Under the pieces are notes generated by a model that was not told the origin of the DNA, did not search any database, and saw only the letters and a program-made list of their open reading frames with translations. Source: Tubiluchus corallicola (lineage: Eukaryota; Animalia; Priapulida). Taken from it: a stretch of DNA of 64,000 nucleotides. This document shows, piece by piece, positions 37,461-64,000 of the stretch (position 1 is its first letter; the number at the start of each line of letters is the position of its first letter). Where the stretch lies: assembly GCA_030141605.1 (NCBI GenBank), contig JAQGDQ010000089.1:372001-436000 (forward strand). Reading direction: 5' to 3'. The position numbers were made by a program, and so were the translations under genes.

Positions 37461-40400
37461 CACTGAATTTCAAAATTTCGAATTCGAATCGATTTCAAAT
37501 TCAATTTTAAAGATTTTTCTAATAGATATTTGAATCACAAATCAAAAGCATCGCTTGATTTTGTTCTTTACTAAAACACTAACATTTGTTTGCAACTTTT
37601 ACACAAAAATCCCACTAAGTTGTGCTGATTGCTTGATGTTTTTAAAATGCTTCAAACATTTTAACGTTAAAGTGGTGAAATATTCGAATCCATAGTTTTA
37701 GGTTCGAATCGAATTCGAATTAAAAAACTCGTTCGAATCTCCACAAATCAGTAAGAGCGTTGGTTGCTTTCACTAAATGATCAAACAGTACAGAATAAGA
37801 AGTTCACAAAATATAATAAAGTTGACAAGTGTTAGAAGGTATTAAAAATATTAACAAAATACCTAATGACTGAGCTGAAAGCAAGGTAGATTTGCTTCTG
37901 TTTAAATTAATCACACATGAAATTAACTTAAATTTTACAGGCAGTTACTGGTTTCACACCAGCTGGATAAACCACACTTATTATTAGAACTTTTTTATAA
38001 GTTGCACAATTTCCAAAGCTCAAACAAATCCATCAATGCAATTGACTAGAGGAAAATAAACGTTAGAGTGTGATAGGCACTTTCGATTCTGATAAGCGCT
38101 AATAAAAGAATAATGGGCATCACAACTAATATCGTACTTGGTTTGATGAAATTACGATCAGCAGATAATGATTAAACTTGCATACACAAACGGGAGTATA
38201 AAGGCAACATTTTAATAACAACAGTAATAATAAAAATACATTTGCAAAGTAAGTTGGTTGGTTAAAGTTGTTTTAGGTTTTTGCGTAGGCTTCTAACGTG
38301 CGAAAAATTGAACTTTCGTGCCCGAATTTCATATCATTTTGAACTGCTAATTAATGCGTAAGACTATTTTTAGCTTTGCTTATCAGACTGCAAAAATAAC
38401 TGGAAGGCTTCCTTTGGAAGTGCGGGCAGACGGAACTATTTCAAATAAAATAACAAAGAAGCAATACTTTGAGGAAGAGATCTTTTAGCGCACTTTGTAT
38501 ACGGTAGCACCAAAAGTACTGTCGAATCCATTTTGCACGCGCATATATTGGTTTTAGACAGTTATATGGTGATTTGTTTTTGAAAGGCTGTAGAGTTTCT
38601 AGTCGTCTCTCCAAATTGTGATTGTAATTATTACTTTGAAAATTCAGAACATTTCTTCGTAGAATGCCCTCAGTATTATCAAGCCAGAGACGCTATGTTT
38701 AGTAAATTAAATAACATATTGCTGCCTTTAAATATCAATATTTTACATTATAGTAATAGTGAACTATTGTCATTGTATCTTTGTTGAAGTGACGATTTTA
38801 ATGTTGTTATTAAGAGTAAAATTTTTGTTTGCATTCAAAATGACATTAGGAATATTAAATGTTTTAATGTGATCAGACCTTAAGATCCCTTTTATGTGTT
38901 TCACGATAAATTTTAAGACAGTTATTGTTATTAATCAATTGCTGTATTATTCATTGTGTCACATCTGCTAACTTTGTATGCTTAATTATGTTATTTGAAG
39001 TTTTGCTGGTTTTCCTGTCTAGATATTTTTTATTTTTAAATAGCACTTGTTGAGATGAAAAGTTGCGAATGAAATCTTAACTATGCGCAAAATTGTTGTG
39101 ATTATGAATTGCACTCTAATAACAACCATTTACTCAGAAGTTAGAAAAACCAGTGAATTTATAGAAAACAATCCTTGGAAAAAACGGCGGTTTTCGTTTT
39201 GAATTTGAAGCCAAGTAACAATGAAGGCTAGAAGGAAAAAAGTTAAACTAAACAACAGAAAACCAGCAAAGAAGCCCTGGATTTGTCATCAGTATTTCCA
39301 GTGTTGATATTCTAGCTAATTTCTTACATTTCACCAGAATCCACGCGAGTACAAATAAGCCAAGGCTTTCTGAACAAGGTCCGACGCCGACGCTTCCAGA
39401 CGGTGGTGAAAAATAAACCCGACTTGAGTGTAAATACAGGGAGCTGAGCCGTGACGTAATGTGAGATGCGACGGCAGTGAAAAAAACTTCACAGATTGTT
39501 AGACGAGAGAAGGTTTAGGGGCAGATTGCTTGCTGATATTGTTAAAACAACAAGTGAGGCTAAAATTCTTGAAATTATTGCGAAGAAAGTGATACCCACG
39601 TGGCTAAAAGGGGAAAGGGGTGTAGTAAGGTAGCAGGGGAAAAATGAAATCTGGTTTCCGAAGAAAATGGCTGAGGCAAGTACGCGACTTGATACAAGGA
39701 ACACTGATTTTTCTTTCGATGCTCGTCTTTTTAACCTTCTTTTTTGTTTGTCTAGTATATCTGACTTTTTTATTCTACAACACAGCAGGCACGTCAGCAT
39801 ATGGCAAGGAACATCAATCAGCAATAAAAATGGCCTTCAGGCTTCACTACATTCCAAACAGATCTCACCACATAGCGAAATTCACAGCAACCGATTTGTT
39901 ATTTTAATTTTTCTTACTAATGATGGTAATCCAGGTCTAATGGAGTAGTGATAAACGATGATTCAAGCGTCTGTCAAACATTTCAACTTAGCGATAGACA
40001 CACACAATGCCAACAGACTAAACTCTCTATGGACTTTTAAGAAAAATCGTCCGCGTTAGCTTTTTTCTGAACTTTGCTGATCGAGTTAATTTTGCCTGAA
40101 CATATTAGGGCTTGGTGTAGACAAAACAGAAACGTGAGATGGAGAAATATGAAATGAGAAACAGAGGGCCTAAAACAACTTAACCAAAACAATAAAATGT
40201 GATGAATTAGTATTATTGCAAAATTTATGTTAAGCAACATTTTACAACAGGCAGTAAGAGCCACAATTGAAAATGGTGAAATAGGTGAAACGACATTATT
40301 TGTGTGACAAACCTTTACGTAATGACAGATGAACACAGCAAATAAACTATGTTTATACTAAAACTGGTGATGATATCACCAGATGATGTTATTAAAACCA

Positions 40401-40794
40401 CAACAACAACTTTCTTATGACGTAATAGCATGGTTTCGCTGAATTTAGTGAGATAACTATACGCGTTAACTATACAGTCGCCCGAATCAAAAGCAAATAA
40501 CTTCTAACGATGAAGTTAGATTGGCATTTTAAATTTGATTAATAAACATCTTGAAAAATGCACGAAGGTTTTTTTGTGCCCTCTGCAGCAGGTTTTCTGA
40601 GAGAAGCGGTTCACCCCCCCCCCCTCACCTGAGACGCCCCGAGGAGGACTTGTTTCTTGCCAGCACATTTCAGGTCATATTTTATTAGGAAATATTTTAT
40701 CAGGAATTAATATAACTAATGCGCGCAGAAATTGTAAAGTACATAGTACGCTACTTTAATTTAAGATTTGAACGTAGATATTACGTTGTATTGT

Positions 40795-40986
40795 GTTGTG
40801 TTACGTTATGTTATGTTATGTTATGTTATGTTATGTTATGTTATGTTATGTTATGTTATGTTATGTTATGTTATGTTATGTTATGTTATGTTATGTTATG
40901 CTATGCTATGCTATGCTATGTCATGTCATGTCATGTCATGTCATGTTATGTTATGTCATGTTTACGTCATGTCATGTCATGTTATG
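40795..40986 (+). repeat. (TTATG)n / (CTATG)n / (TCATG)n pentanucleotide satellite
   Basis: Direct reading; source of the CYVML ORFs. Confidence 0.95.
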
Positions 40987-41145
40987 CAAATTTGTCACAG
41001 ATTTCAAATGATCACAGATGGTATTGTTAATTTTATCAATAAAAACGAGCTATAAGTGCAGTTGCATTACAAAATGAAAGCACTGCGTCATACATAATTA
41101 TATGATTTAGGATGAACTTTGCTTTGTAAACCCTTTTTCTCATAG

Positions 41146-41492
41146 TGAAAGACGAACGTTTCCGCCGAGGTTCTCGTTCCCGTAGAAGAGTTCCCGCCGA
41201 CGTTCTGGTTTTCGTAGACATTCCCGCCGGCGTTCTTGTTTTCGAAGACATTCCGTAAACGTTCTGGTTTTTGAACACGTTCCTGCCGGCGTTCTCGTGC
41301 CCGTCGACGTTCCAGTCCTCGAAGACATTCTCATGATCGTCGCTCGTGGCGAGTACCAGGACGACCTATATGGAACGTAATTCCAGGTCTAATTGGCAGA
41401 CCAGGAAATGCAGGTTGGCAGCCGCCTGGAGACCAAAGGCAATGGCATTGATGATGACACAGTGATGGAGGGGAAAAAGCCAGTGCAGACCG
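41146..41492 (+). pseudogene. Disrupted Arg/Ser-rich (protamine-like or RS-domain) exon-like relic
   Basis: GC-rich island bounded by an acceptor (ctttttctcatag at 41145) and a donor (G/gtaaat at 41493). Built of ~30-bp repeats encoding RSGFRRHSRR-like units, with two frameshifts (~41187, ~41253) and an in-frame TGA (41272-41274). Confidence 0.5.
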
Positions 41493-41805
41493 GTAAATGT
41501 TACATTTTCCACGGCTTCTGGTACGTACTATTAATGAATAATGTCAATATAAACTCGAATTATAGATTATTTATTACGATGTTAAATAAAATTGTACAAT
41601 TTTTTCCTCATTTGAGTTAAATTTACAGAATTTTTAATAAAAGACAACTAGTTTGTGCTGTTGAGTTTTTGGGTCTACATTCTTTACATCATTGGACAAT
41701 TTTTGTTCCAGATTCCTCTCTGATAAGATTTCGTGAGCCATAATACAAGGTGACAATAAAAACAATGAAGTTTTTTGTGGCAAAAGGATTTCGACTGCAA
41801 ACTAA

Positions 41806-42073
41806 TACCTTTTCACGCGGTAAGTGCGAACCACTTTGAAAATCTTTTCAAAACCGGTTAAGTGTTCACGGGAACTCAAAACGTAGCCTTTTCTCCAAAC
41901 CTTTTTGAAATCTGCCGGGGATGAAGTTTGGAAACGTCTTCAAACCGTTTTGCAGTAAAATCCTGTGAGCGGTATGGCGTCAACAATTCACACAGCGCTC
42001 TCAAAACGGTTTCTCCAATGACCGAGTAAACACTGAAACAGTTTTGAAACCGTTTTGTCATGTGAAAAGGGTA
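41806..42073. mobile_element. PIF/Harbinger-like MITE
   Basis: TIRs TACCTTTTCAC and GTGAAAAGGGTA, flanked by TAA and TGA (degenerate 3-bp TSD); repeated AAACCGTTTT/AAAACGGTTT internal motifs. Confidence 0.6.
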
Positions 42074-44055
42074 TGAGTGAGGGGAGATTGCCAATAGCAA
42101 AAATAAAATGTCTGTAATTGCACCAATATGCAATGGCTTCGTAAGCGGCGATCTATTGCAATATAAAAGTGGTTACCTGGAAACCTGGCTTCAGTGCAAT
42201 ATTTTTAAAATTTTACGATTTGTCATGCTAACGTGGCAGCGTACTAATTTGTTTTTCTTATCTCAACAATTTAGCAAGAACGAGAAAATGAGCCAGAAGA
42301 GGTTTCCTAGCACAGTACACCCGCTTTCCCCAACAAAACAAATACCCGGAACTAATTTGGATAAAGCAGTCCAGAATCGGTTTTCCCAGCTGTCGCCTAT
42401 CTATTCAATGACTAGGCTTAACATTGCTTGATTTTGGTCACTGAGCATCTACTGTGACCATTTAAATTTCCATATGTCAATTTACAGGTATTCTATAAGC
42501 CTATTAGTAAAACTTTTCTAGCAGCAGAAACAGACATTTTAAAACAAAATAAATGTCTGACGATATCACACAATATTTATTTTAAACAAGCGAAATCATA
42601 ATAAAAAATTGTGAAAACAATAGTAGAAAAACAACTCAACTGTGCTACACAGGCAGTAAAACAAGATTTATAAAACTATACTCATTGAAAACATAAAAAC
42701 TTTAACATCAATTGAGCCATAAAAATAGAGCTACGTGAATATAAAACTAAAATAGCTTCAAAAACAAACGATGTCAGAATAAATGTTTCAATATAACTAT
42801 TACATAATATATATCCAGCGCCTATAGTTTTTTTATCAAATAAATGCTTAAGGCCAACAAGAGAAGTCGTTTGAATTTACAGGATACTCTTACATTCACA
42901 TTGAACAATTAAATGTTACTAGATAAAGCCTATTTCTAACACCTGCAAGATGTAAAGTAATTACACATTAAAATGGGAAAATCGTTTTAGCACACTAAGC
43001 TAAATCATATAAGTTACTCTTTAATCAGCGTCTAGTGATAGAAGGCTTAATTTCTAGAGAAAGCAGTAAGATGATTAGCCTTATATGTACTACAAACAGA
43101 CATTACGTGATCTGTAATCCTAATTAACGTTTAAACCATAAAGTACTTAACAGTAAAAGTTGTAAAGACTGTCGTAATATGGACATTGCTCTGAAAGTCT
43201 GGTCACCTCTGTGAGAACTGACAAGATTTACGTAGTTGATTTTTTTCATCTTAAAAGATGCCTGCGGGAGTTGTGCTACATACATCAGTAAAGTTGATAT
43301 ATGGTTTCACTCATACTGAGAGGTGCCAAATGCCAACGAGTTGAAGTCATTGCCGGAGTACCAATCAGCAATTCATTTCTGCCTATTATAATAATTGTTA
43401 TATGATGTGGAAATGTGAAATGATCTTATTTATAATGATCTTATATAGCACAGACGCATTAGTATACAACACTGACGCATTAGACTGATCTCACAAGACT
43501 ATTTGTACATTTTATGGCTAAATATAAATTAAAATAATCAGTAAAAAGTAGTTAAATCTCGTATAATTGATTTCTAAATACACAAAACACTTTTTGATTA
43601 TTCTATAATAAAAAATAGGACACATATACTAAGTAACTGATGTCAAGTTTGATGTTATAGATGAAAATTGCAAATTAAAGGGGCATCATCATTTGTTTCT
43701 TTAAAATTAAATTGTTTTGCAACTTGCTATGACATGTTGATGTTTCAAGTTTACAATGCAGTTAAAGACGCCACACATGCCTATGACATGCCGTAACTGT
43801 GACACGTCATAACTATGACTATGACGTGCTGAAGTCTTCAACTACTGCTTGGCAATTTTCACAAAATAGCCACAACATAGAACTTTATAATTACAATTGT
43901 GACACTTGACGTAATTGACAATGACGGCCATCTTTATTACATTATTTCCTTAATGTAAAAAAGAAGATGTTAGTAAGATCATAAAACAAAAACGATTTTT
44001 CAGCACGAGTCAAAAAGCAAGAATTGCAGTATCATCGAAATCTTCACAAATTTTT

Positions 44056-57684
<13,629 letters not shown>

Positions 57685-58800
57685 CTATAAAATTCAGAAT
57701 TTCAATTGCAGAGTCTATTCACTATTGTTTGGCTTTAGGAAACTTTTTTTGCATATATTCGAACAAAACTAGTTCCTAAATTCAGTAACAGAATTGGCAC
57801 GCCACAACAGAAGAACGTATCCCTAAATGCTGAGACGAACATTCTTATCCGTTTTTCATTTTGTAAACCGCTTGTGATGACAACGTGATTATTAGAATTG
57901 CAAAAAGTTGTTCTATTTAAATAGTCTAGACTTTATGCAGACGTTTCATCCGTTATAAACGGTTTTGTTTATGGGTGTTGCCTAGGTTTTCCAGACCTCC
58001 AAACGCCGGATTTGCCGCTGTTACAGGATCACCGCACATTCGTCGCGTTTCATCGCATCATGTTTCTATATGTCTTTATAAAAGTTACAAGTGCAATGGA
58101 CCCACTGTCGAAACAGGAAGCACCTTCCTGTCATCCGCATTTTTACTTAGTCGAACTTTGTAGCAACTTGTTACCCAAAGCAGCATAATAACTGGGATTT
58201 TTTCATTGCAGCAGTTTTGGGCCAAGTTTGTACCTAGTTGTTATACCTCAATAGACAAATTATTCACTTCTTTTTTTAGGATGTTGGATTGTCAGGTTTA
58301 GACGACAGGACAAGTCTTCTGGAAGTTAGGATCATTTCAACGTTCGCGAAAAATGTTAGAAGGATTTAGTAATAAAACTGCAATAAGCACCTGGTGTAAT
58401 TGGTAATATCACTTTAAAGGCGTGTTCATTTCACGCATGGGTGCATGCATTTTGGACGCTCATTCTTTTACCAATGATCGGTTGAAGAAAAGCAGCGCTC
58501 TGTCAATTTCCACTAAAAGCATAATAAATTTTTAAAAAGCGTTAAATAGTTCATTTTTTCGTGATATTTTTGCATGAACATCAGATAATCTGCAGAAGTT
58601 TGAATTAGTGATAGCAGCAAAATAAACCTAACACGCTAAATGACGTGTCCTTTCCTTTAATTTTATGAAAGGTTCGGTAGACATCATTCAAACAAGCTGT
58701 GCGGGCACAACGTATTTCGCACCATATTTTGAATAAACATTTATGTAAAATTAGCAATTAACCGAACGAATAATTACTTGAAGGTGGAAGGAAAAACTTT

Positions 58801-58866
58801 CAGCCAACCAGGATCGAACGTGGAACCTTGTGCTATAACGCCACGCACACACTGCCATTTCAGCTA
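58801..58866 (-). mobile_element. Degenerate tRNA-derived SINE head
   Basis: Minus strand A box TAGCTGAAATGG and B box GTTCGATCC at tRNA spacing. Confidence 0.5.
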
Positions 58867-60719
58867 TAAACTCGTATTATTAGCACCCAATCAATCGTTG
58901 AAATTTTAGTGATTTTGAAATTTGATTGCAAAACTTATCCCCGTATACACGCCACATTCCTACTGAAGTCTCACTTAAGTTGTGCATCACAGAGGTTAGC
59001 AATTATTTTCACAGTGACTCTCGTCTGTGTTCTTACGACTAGCATTTGCATCACACGTCTCCAGTGAGAGGCAAGGATTAAATTAGATTTGGAGGAAGCT
59101 GATTTGCTTAATGAGAATAGATAGTTATTGGTGGACTGAATATTAATGCGAGCTGCTGTTGTCCCAATCATTTTATCTCTGTATTAACGACATGTAGAAA
59201 GAGCAGTCGAATGATAATGGTAGACTGTTAGATAGGTGAGTCGTGTATGGGACGAAGTGTCCTTGAATACAAATACGAATCTGTAAAATGTACCAGTACT
59301 CTTCCAATGGGAGGCAGCTGTCAATGTTTTTTTAAATGTGGGTGCAGTTAATGGAGAAATAAATGTCTGGTAAAGCGTTCCATTGATAAGTAGCCCGAGA
59401 GAAAAACTAGATTTGATTTGTAAATAACTGGAAGGAAGACGTCGTATCCAGATGAAAGTTCAATATTCATGGTTTTCATAATTTTCATTTAAAAAGATAG
59501 GGTTAAGCATAATAGCATTTAAGTCAAACATTGTTTTTAATTTTTCTACAAATAGGAGACTTACTTCTTAGGGGCTCCGTATGCTTAGCACAAAAACCTT
59601 CCTTCCATAGTCCTAAACATGTCCTTTGGATAGTCTTAAAATAACTGGAAAAGTTCATTTTTGTAACACCACATTTCCACTAAGTCTTAAAATAATAGGG
59701 AAATTTCATTTTTTGTGATATCAAGTCATTGCTAAATGAGAATCTCGCGTTTTGATCACGTTCGTAAAGACGCTACAAGTTTTTCACGTGTTAAAAAAGA
59801 TGTAGGTTTTTGTAATTTCCACATAACAGCGTTTACGCGAAATAACATCTTCAAGGCTCTTCGTGTTTAATATGAATAATAAACTCCATTTTGCAGAAAA
59901 ACCGCCGACTTTTCGTCTTTCAGTTTGTTGAGGAGTGGCTATTCTGCTAAATAAATAAAATCCCTTCAAGAAGTTAGTCTAATCCACCATAAACCAAGGT
60001 GGAGATAAATTGTACCAATGAATTACCCAAAGAGTTAGAAAAATCAGTCAAGACGAGTCAGACGTTAAAGATGGCTCTATCACTGACTCGAACCAGTTTG
60101 TCACAAATTTCCTGATTTCCGCAGCAAATTTCATGCTGTCAGGTTTTCGACACCAAAGAAATCAAAATCAGCAAAACATAGCTGAAAGCCTTGCGGTTAA
60201 AATCTATCATCATTGTTATAGTTGTAGTCATCGTCATCGTTATCGTTTTCGCGACAGTACCGCCACAGCCAGCGTAAGCAGAATTATTTTTGCATTTTGT
60301 ATTTACTTCTATTACAAATAGTGTGCATTTTGTAAGGGGTCAATTTTTGATCAGATTAAACTTTTTGCTGTATAGTCAAGGGTTAATTACCTGGGCTAAT
60401 TCAATGAACACTATGTATTTGCCCTGCTGTTGCGACTTGCTTCTACTACCGGTTTTATTCCAGACAGTATTTTCCGACCGTGTGCTCATTTTAGTAAAAA
60501 GCCCATTAGTTGTGTGTGATGATGATAAACTACTAACTAAAATTAGTTCTACAGAGACATTACTTACACGGCTGCTGAATTATTTAATATCACGAGGTTC
60601 ATGTTTTGACAGAGAAAACGTAGATTTAATGACTGTAATTTCTCTCAATTTTACAATGAAGCTAGGAGAACTTGTATTATATAAAGAAAATTTGCTTACT
60701 TGCACTTACTTTTTTGGAC

Positions 60720-61095
60720 AAATGTGAACGAATGAACAAATGAATGTGACCACAAAAGTGAATAAATAAACGAGTGAGTACATAAATGAAAAAGAAGCAA
60801 CTGAATGAGCAGACAGACACATAGACAAGTAGAAAGACAAACAGACAGATAGACAGGCACACAGATATACGAATGATGGACAGACAGACAGACATACGGA
60901 CAGGCAGATATACATCTGGGCAGGCAGACAGACAGGAAAAAATACAGACTGACCAAGTGACGAATGGACGGACGGACGGACGCATGCACGCACGGACGAA
61001 CGGGTTGGACGGACGGACGGACGCATGCACGCACGGACGAACGGGTTGGACGGACGGAGAGACAGACAGACAAGTACAAATGAACGAACAGATGG
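60720..61095 (+). repeat. Degenerate tetranucleotide repeat (GAAT/GACA/GACG) with a ~40-bp internal duplication
   Basis: Direct reading; ggacgcatgcacgcacggacgaacgggttggacggacgg occurs twice. Confidence 0.85.
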
Positions 61096-61664
61096 ATACC
61101 TGTTCGTTCGTTTAACCATCTAACTCATGGAAGAACTGATATATATGAATTAACAAATGTATGGTTGAATAATTAAACAAGCATATAAATGAGCAAATAA
61201 CGGCCAACTGACTGACGTATCAAATTTATGAGTGTAAGTACGAACACCCTCTGAACGAATATATAAACATTAGGCACCTTCCTTAACAATGATGTCATTC
61301 TCTATCTCTGAGCTTTCTACATGCGAACACAATTTAATTACATGGTGCAGGTGAGTCAATTATAGGTAGACAATTAGATATTGCCATTCTTAATCACCAG
61401 TGAATCAAGTTTAATCCCATAATGGTGATTAAATGAAACATTTGCTATCAAAATTGGATCAGATATTTTCCCGCGAGAAAATTACATAGAAAATTAATAC
61501 ATTTTGCTATTCATGCTGTTTTGATTTTGTGGATTTTTAAGTTTAATTGTTTTTTCGTTTTTTTACTTGTTCACTTTATTTTACGTTGGTTGGGCCAATT
61601 GCATGCTTACTTCTTTGGTATGCTTTAGTATGACCGTTTATTGCACGATAACTTTATCATTTTT

Positions 61665-63190
61665 TAGGTGGTTTAGTGCATGCTTGCTTCGTTTCTGGTT
61701 AGGTGGTTCAGTGCATGCTTACTTAATTTCTGGTTAGGTGATTCAGTGCATGCTTACTTAATTTCTGGTTAGGTAGTTCAGTGCATGCTTACTTCGTTTC
61801 TGGTTAGGTGGGTTAGTGCATGCTTGCTTCGTTTCTAGTTAGGTTGTTCAGTGCATGCTTGCTTCATTTCTAGTTAGGTGTGCATGCTTACCCATTTCAG
61901 GTTAGGTGGTTCAGTGCATGCTTGCTTCATTTCTGGTTAGGTGGTTCAATGCATGCTTACCCATTTCAGGTTAGGTGGTTCAGTGCATGCTTACTCATTT
62001 CTACTTAGGTGGTTTAGTGCATGCTTACCCATTTCAGGTTAGGTGGTTCAGTGCATGCTTGCTTCATTTCTGGTTAGGTGGTTCAGTGCATGCTTACCCA
62101 TTTCAGGTTAGGTGGTTCAGTGCATGCTTACTCATTTCTACTTAGGTGGTTTAGTGCATGCTTACTCATATCTAGTTAGGTGGTTCAGTGCATGCTTGCT
62201 TCGTTTCTAGTTAGGTTGTTCAGTGCATGCTTGCTCATTTCTAGTTAGGTGGTTCAGTGCATGCTTACTTCATTTCTGGTTAGGTGGTTCAGTGCATGCT
62301 TACTCATTTCAGGTTAGGTGGTTCAGTGCATGCTTACTCATTTCTACTTAGGTACTTCAGTGCATACTTACTTACTTTCCGGTTACGTGGTTCAGTGCAT
62401 GCTTGCTTCATTTCTGGTTAGGTGGTTCAGTGCATGCTTACTCATTTCAGGTTAGGTGGTTCAGTGCATGCTTACTCATTTCAGGTTAGGTGGTTCAGTG
62501 CATGCTTGCTTAATTTCTGGTTAGGTGATTCAGTGCATGCTTACTTAATTTCTGGTTAGGTAGTTCAGTGCATGCTTACTTCGTTTCTGGTTAGGTGGTT
62601 TAGTGCATGCTTGCTTCGTTTCTGGTTAGGTAGTTCAGTGCATGCGTACTTCATTTCTACTTAGGTGGTTTAGTGCATGCTTGCTTCGTTTCTAGTTAGG
62701 TTGTTCAGTGCATGCTTACTCATTTCTACTTAGGTGTGCATGCTTACCCATTTCAGGTTAGGTGGTTCAGTGCACGCTTGCTTCATTTCTGGTTAGGTGG
62801 TTCAGTGCATGCTTACTCATTTCAGGTTAGGTGGTTCAGTGCATGCTTACTCATTTCAGGTTAGGTGGTTCAGTGCATGCTTACTTAACTTCTGGTTAGG
62901 TGATTCAGTGCATGCTTACTTAATTTCTGGTTAGGTAGTTCAGTGCATGCTTACTTCGTTTCTGGTTAGGTGGTTTAGTGCATGCTTGCTTCGTTTCTGG
63001 TTAGGTAGTTCAGTGCATGCTTACTCATTTCTACTTAGGTGGTTTAGTGCATGCTTGCTTCGTTTCTAGTTAGGTTGTTCAGTGCATGCTTACTCATATC
63101 TAGTTAGGTGGTTCATGCATGCTTGCTTCGTTTCTAGTTAGGTTGTTCAGTGCATGCTTACTCATTTCTGGTTAGGTGGTTCCCTGCATG
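61665..63190 (+). repeat. 34-35-bp satellite array, ~44 copies
   Basis: Consensus ttaggtggttcagtgcatgcttac(t)tcatttctgg; units are contiguous, with no unique spacers. Confidence 0.97.
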
Positions 63191-63918
63191 TTTATTTCAT
63201 TACTCGTTAGGTACTTCACTGCATGCCATGGCAACGCTCCATTCATTTAGTTGTTCAATTTCCGGTGTTATTCCTTTGTATTTGCTATTTATGTTTTTAC
63301 ATCCTCGCTATCATATATATCGCAATGATCCTGCACTCATTAAAACTTTTCTGAACTTCTCATGTATTGCCAGCACTAGGTGACACTCTGCTGTTATCGT
63401 CATGGGCGTATACTGCATCGTAGATTATTTTAGGGTGTGCTTCAGGGCACTATACTAGTCCCCTTATTGTTTATTTATGAATAAGCGCTAAGGAATTTAC
63501 ACTGACGCGGTCAATATAAAGGCTATGAAAACGTCTGCAAATGCATTTCAAATCACTTTCTACCTGGTTAACTCTTTCATCTATAAAAAAAGATCATAAA
63601 TTTAAACCATTTCACACAGCAGGGTTACAATAACCTGTTTTAAAAAGCAAATACGCAGGTGAAACGAAAGTCGTACCAGCGGAGCAAAGCATATTTACCA
63701 AGTTAACTATGAAAACGAATAAATCGCAAAAATCAAACTTTCACGAAGCAAAAAATGTAAGTAACAACTAGTGAGTGGAGCAGAAGAAACTTCTTTATTT
63801 GGGCAAAAAAATTCCCTGGTTTCGGCTGATTTAAACATTAAGTGTTTCACCAGAACATTTCTAGCAAACTTGGAGAATTTGATACTATGTCGCACAAAAA
63901 ATATCGCAACCAAACACC

Positions 63919-64000
63919 ACCGTTCACCACCTCTAAAAGCACCACTAAGCACCAGCAAATACCGTTCACCACCTCTGAAAGCACCACTAAGCACCAGCAA
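63919..64000 (+). repeat. 42-bp tandem repeat running off the window end
   Basis: accgttcaccacctct(a/g)aaagcaccactaagcaccagcaaat starts at 63919 and 63961. Confidence 0.85.

Noticed and set aside
43310-43382. Candidate IF last exon, including a K-TGA-IADWY frame suggesting stop read-through
   Set aside because: A better terminal exon (44056-44094, EMASVTQRFSSA*) completes the lamin-tail domain; this segment is probably 3' UTR or flank.
60391-60489. Minus-strand MSTRSENT..ELAQ/gtaatt as the IF first exon
   Set aside because: Its phase-0 end does not fit the phase-2 acceptor at 57684, and no coil-1A (LNDR..YIEKV) exon lies between them.
61665-63190. Regular 34-35-bp array that might look like CRISPR
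   Set aside because: Units are contiguous with no unique spacers, the context is eukaryotic and there are no cas genes; it is satellite DNA.

Overview
AT-rich, intron-rich animal DNA, most likely an annelid or other lophotrochozoan (inferred from a myohemerythrin plus a protostome-type cytoplasmic intermediate filament gene). Three spliced genes were rebuilt by hand from GT-AG sites with consistent phases: (1) a 5'-truncated Grb7/10/14-family adaptor (RA-PH-BPS-SH2), + strand, 3045-19539; (2) a complete 4-exon, 120-aa myohemerythrin, - strand, 23507-31571, with a TATA box and a cluster of metal-response and hypoxia-response core motifs upstream; (3) a 5'-truncated cytoplasmic intermediate filament gene with a lamin-tail domain, - strand, 44056-57684. 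Between genes 2 and 3 lies a frameshifted Arg/Ser-rich exon-like relic. The rest is MITEs (hAT, pogo, Harbinger types), tRNA-derived SINEs, L2/CR1 LINE remnants, mini- and microsatellites, an ~830-bp intronic palindrome and a 1.5-kb satellite. Most ORFs in the supplied track are spurious. I did not find an unambiguous novel multi-gene system; the best leads are regulatory and structural.
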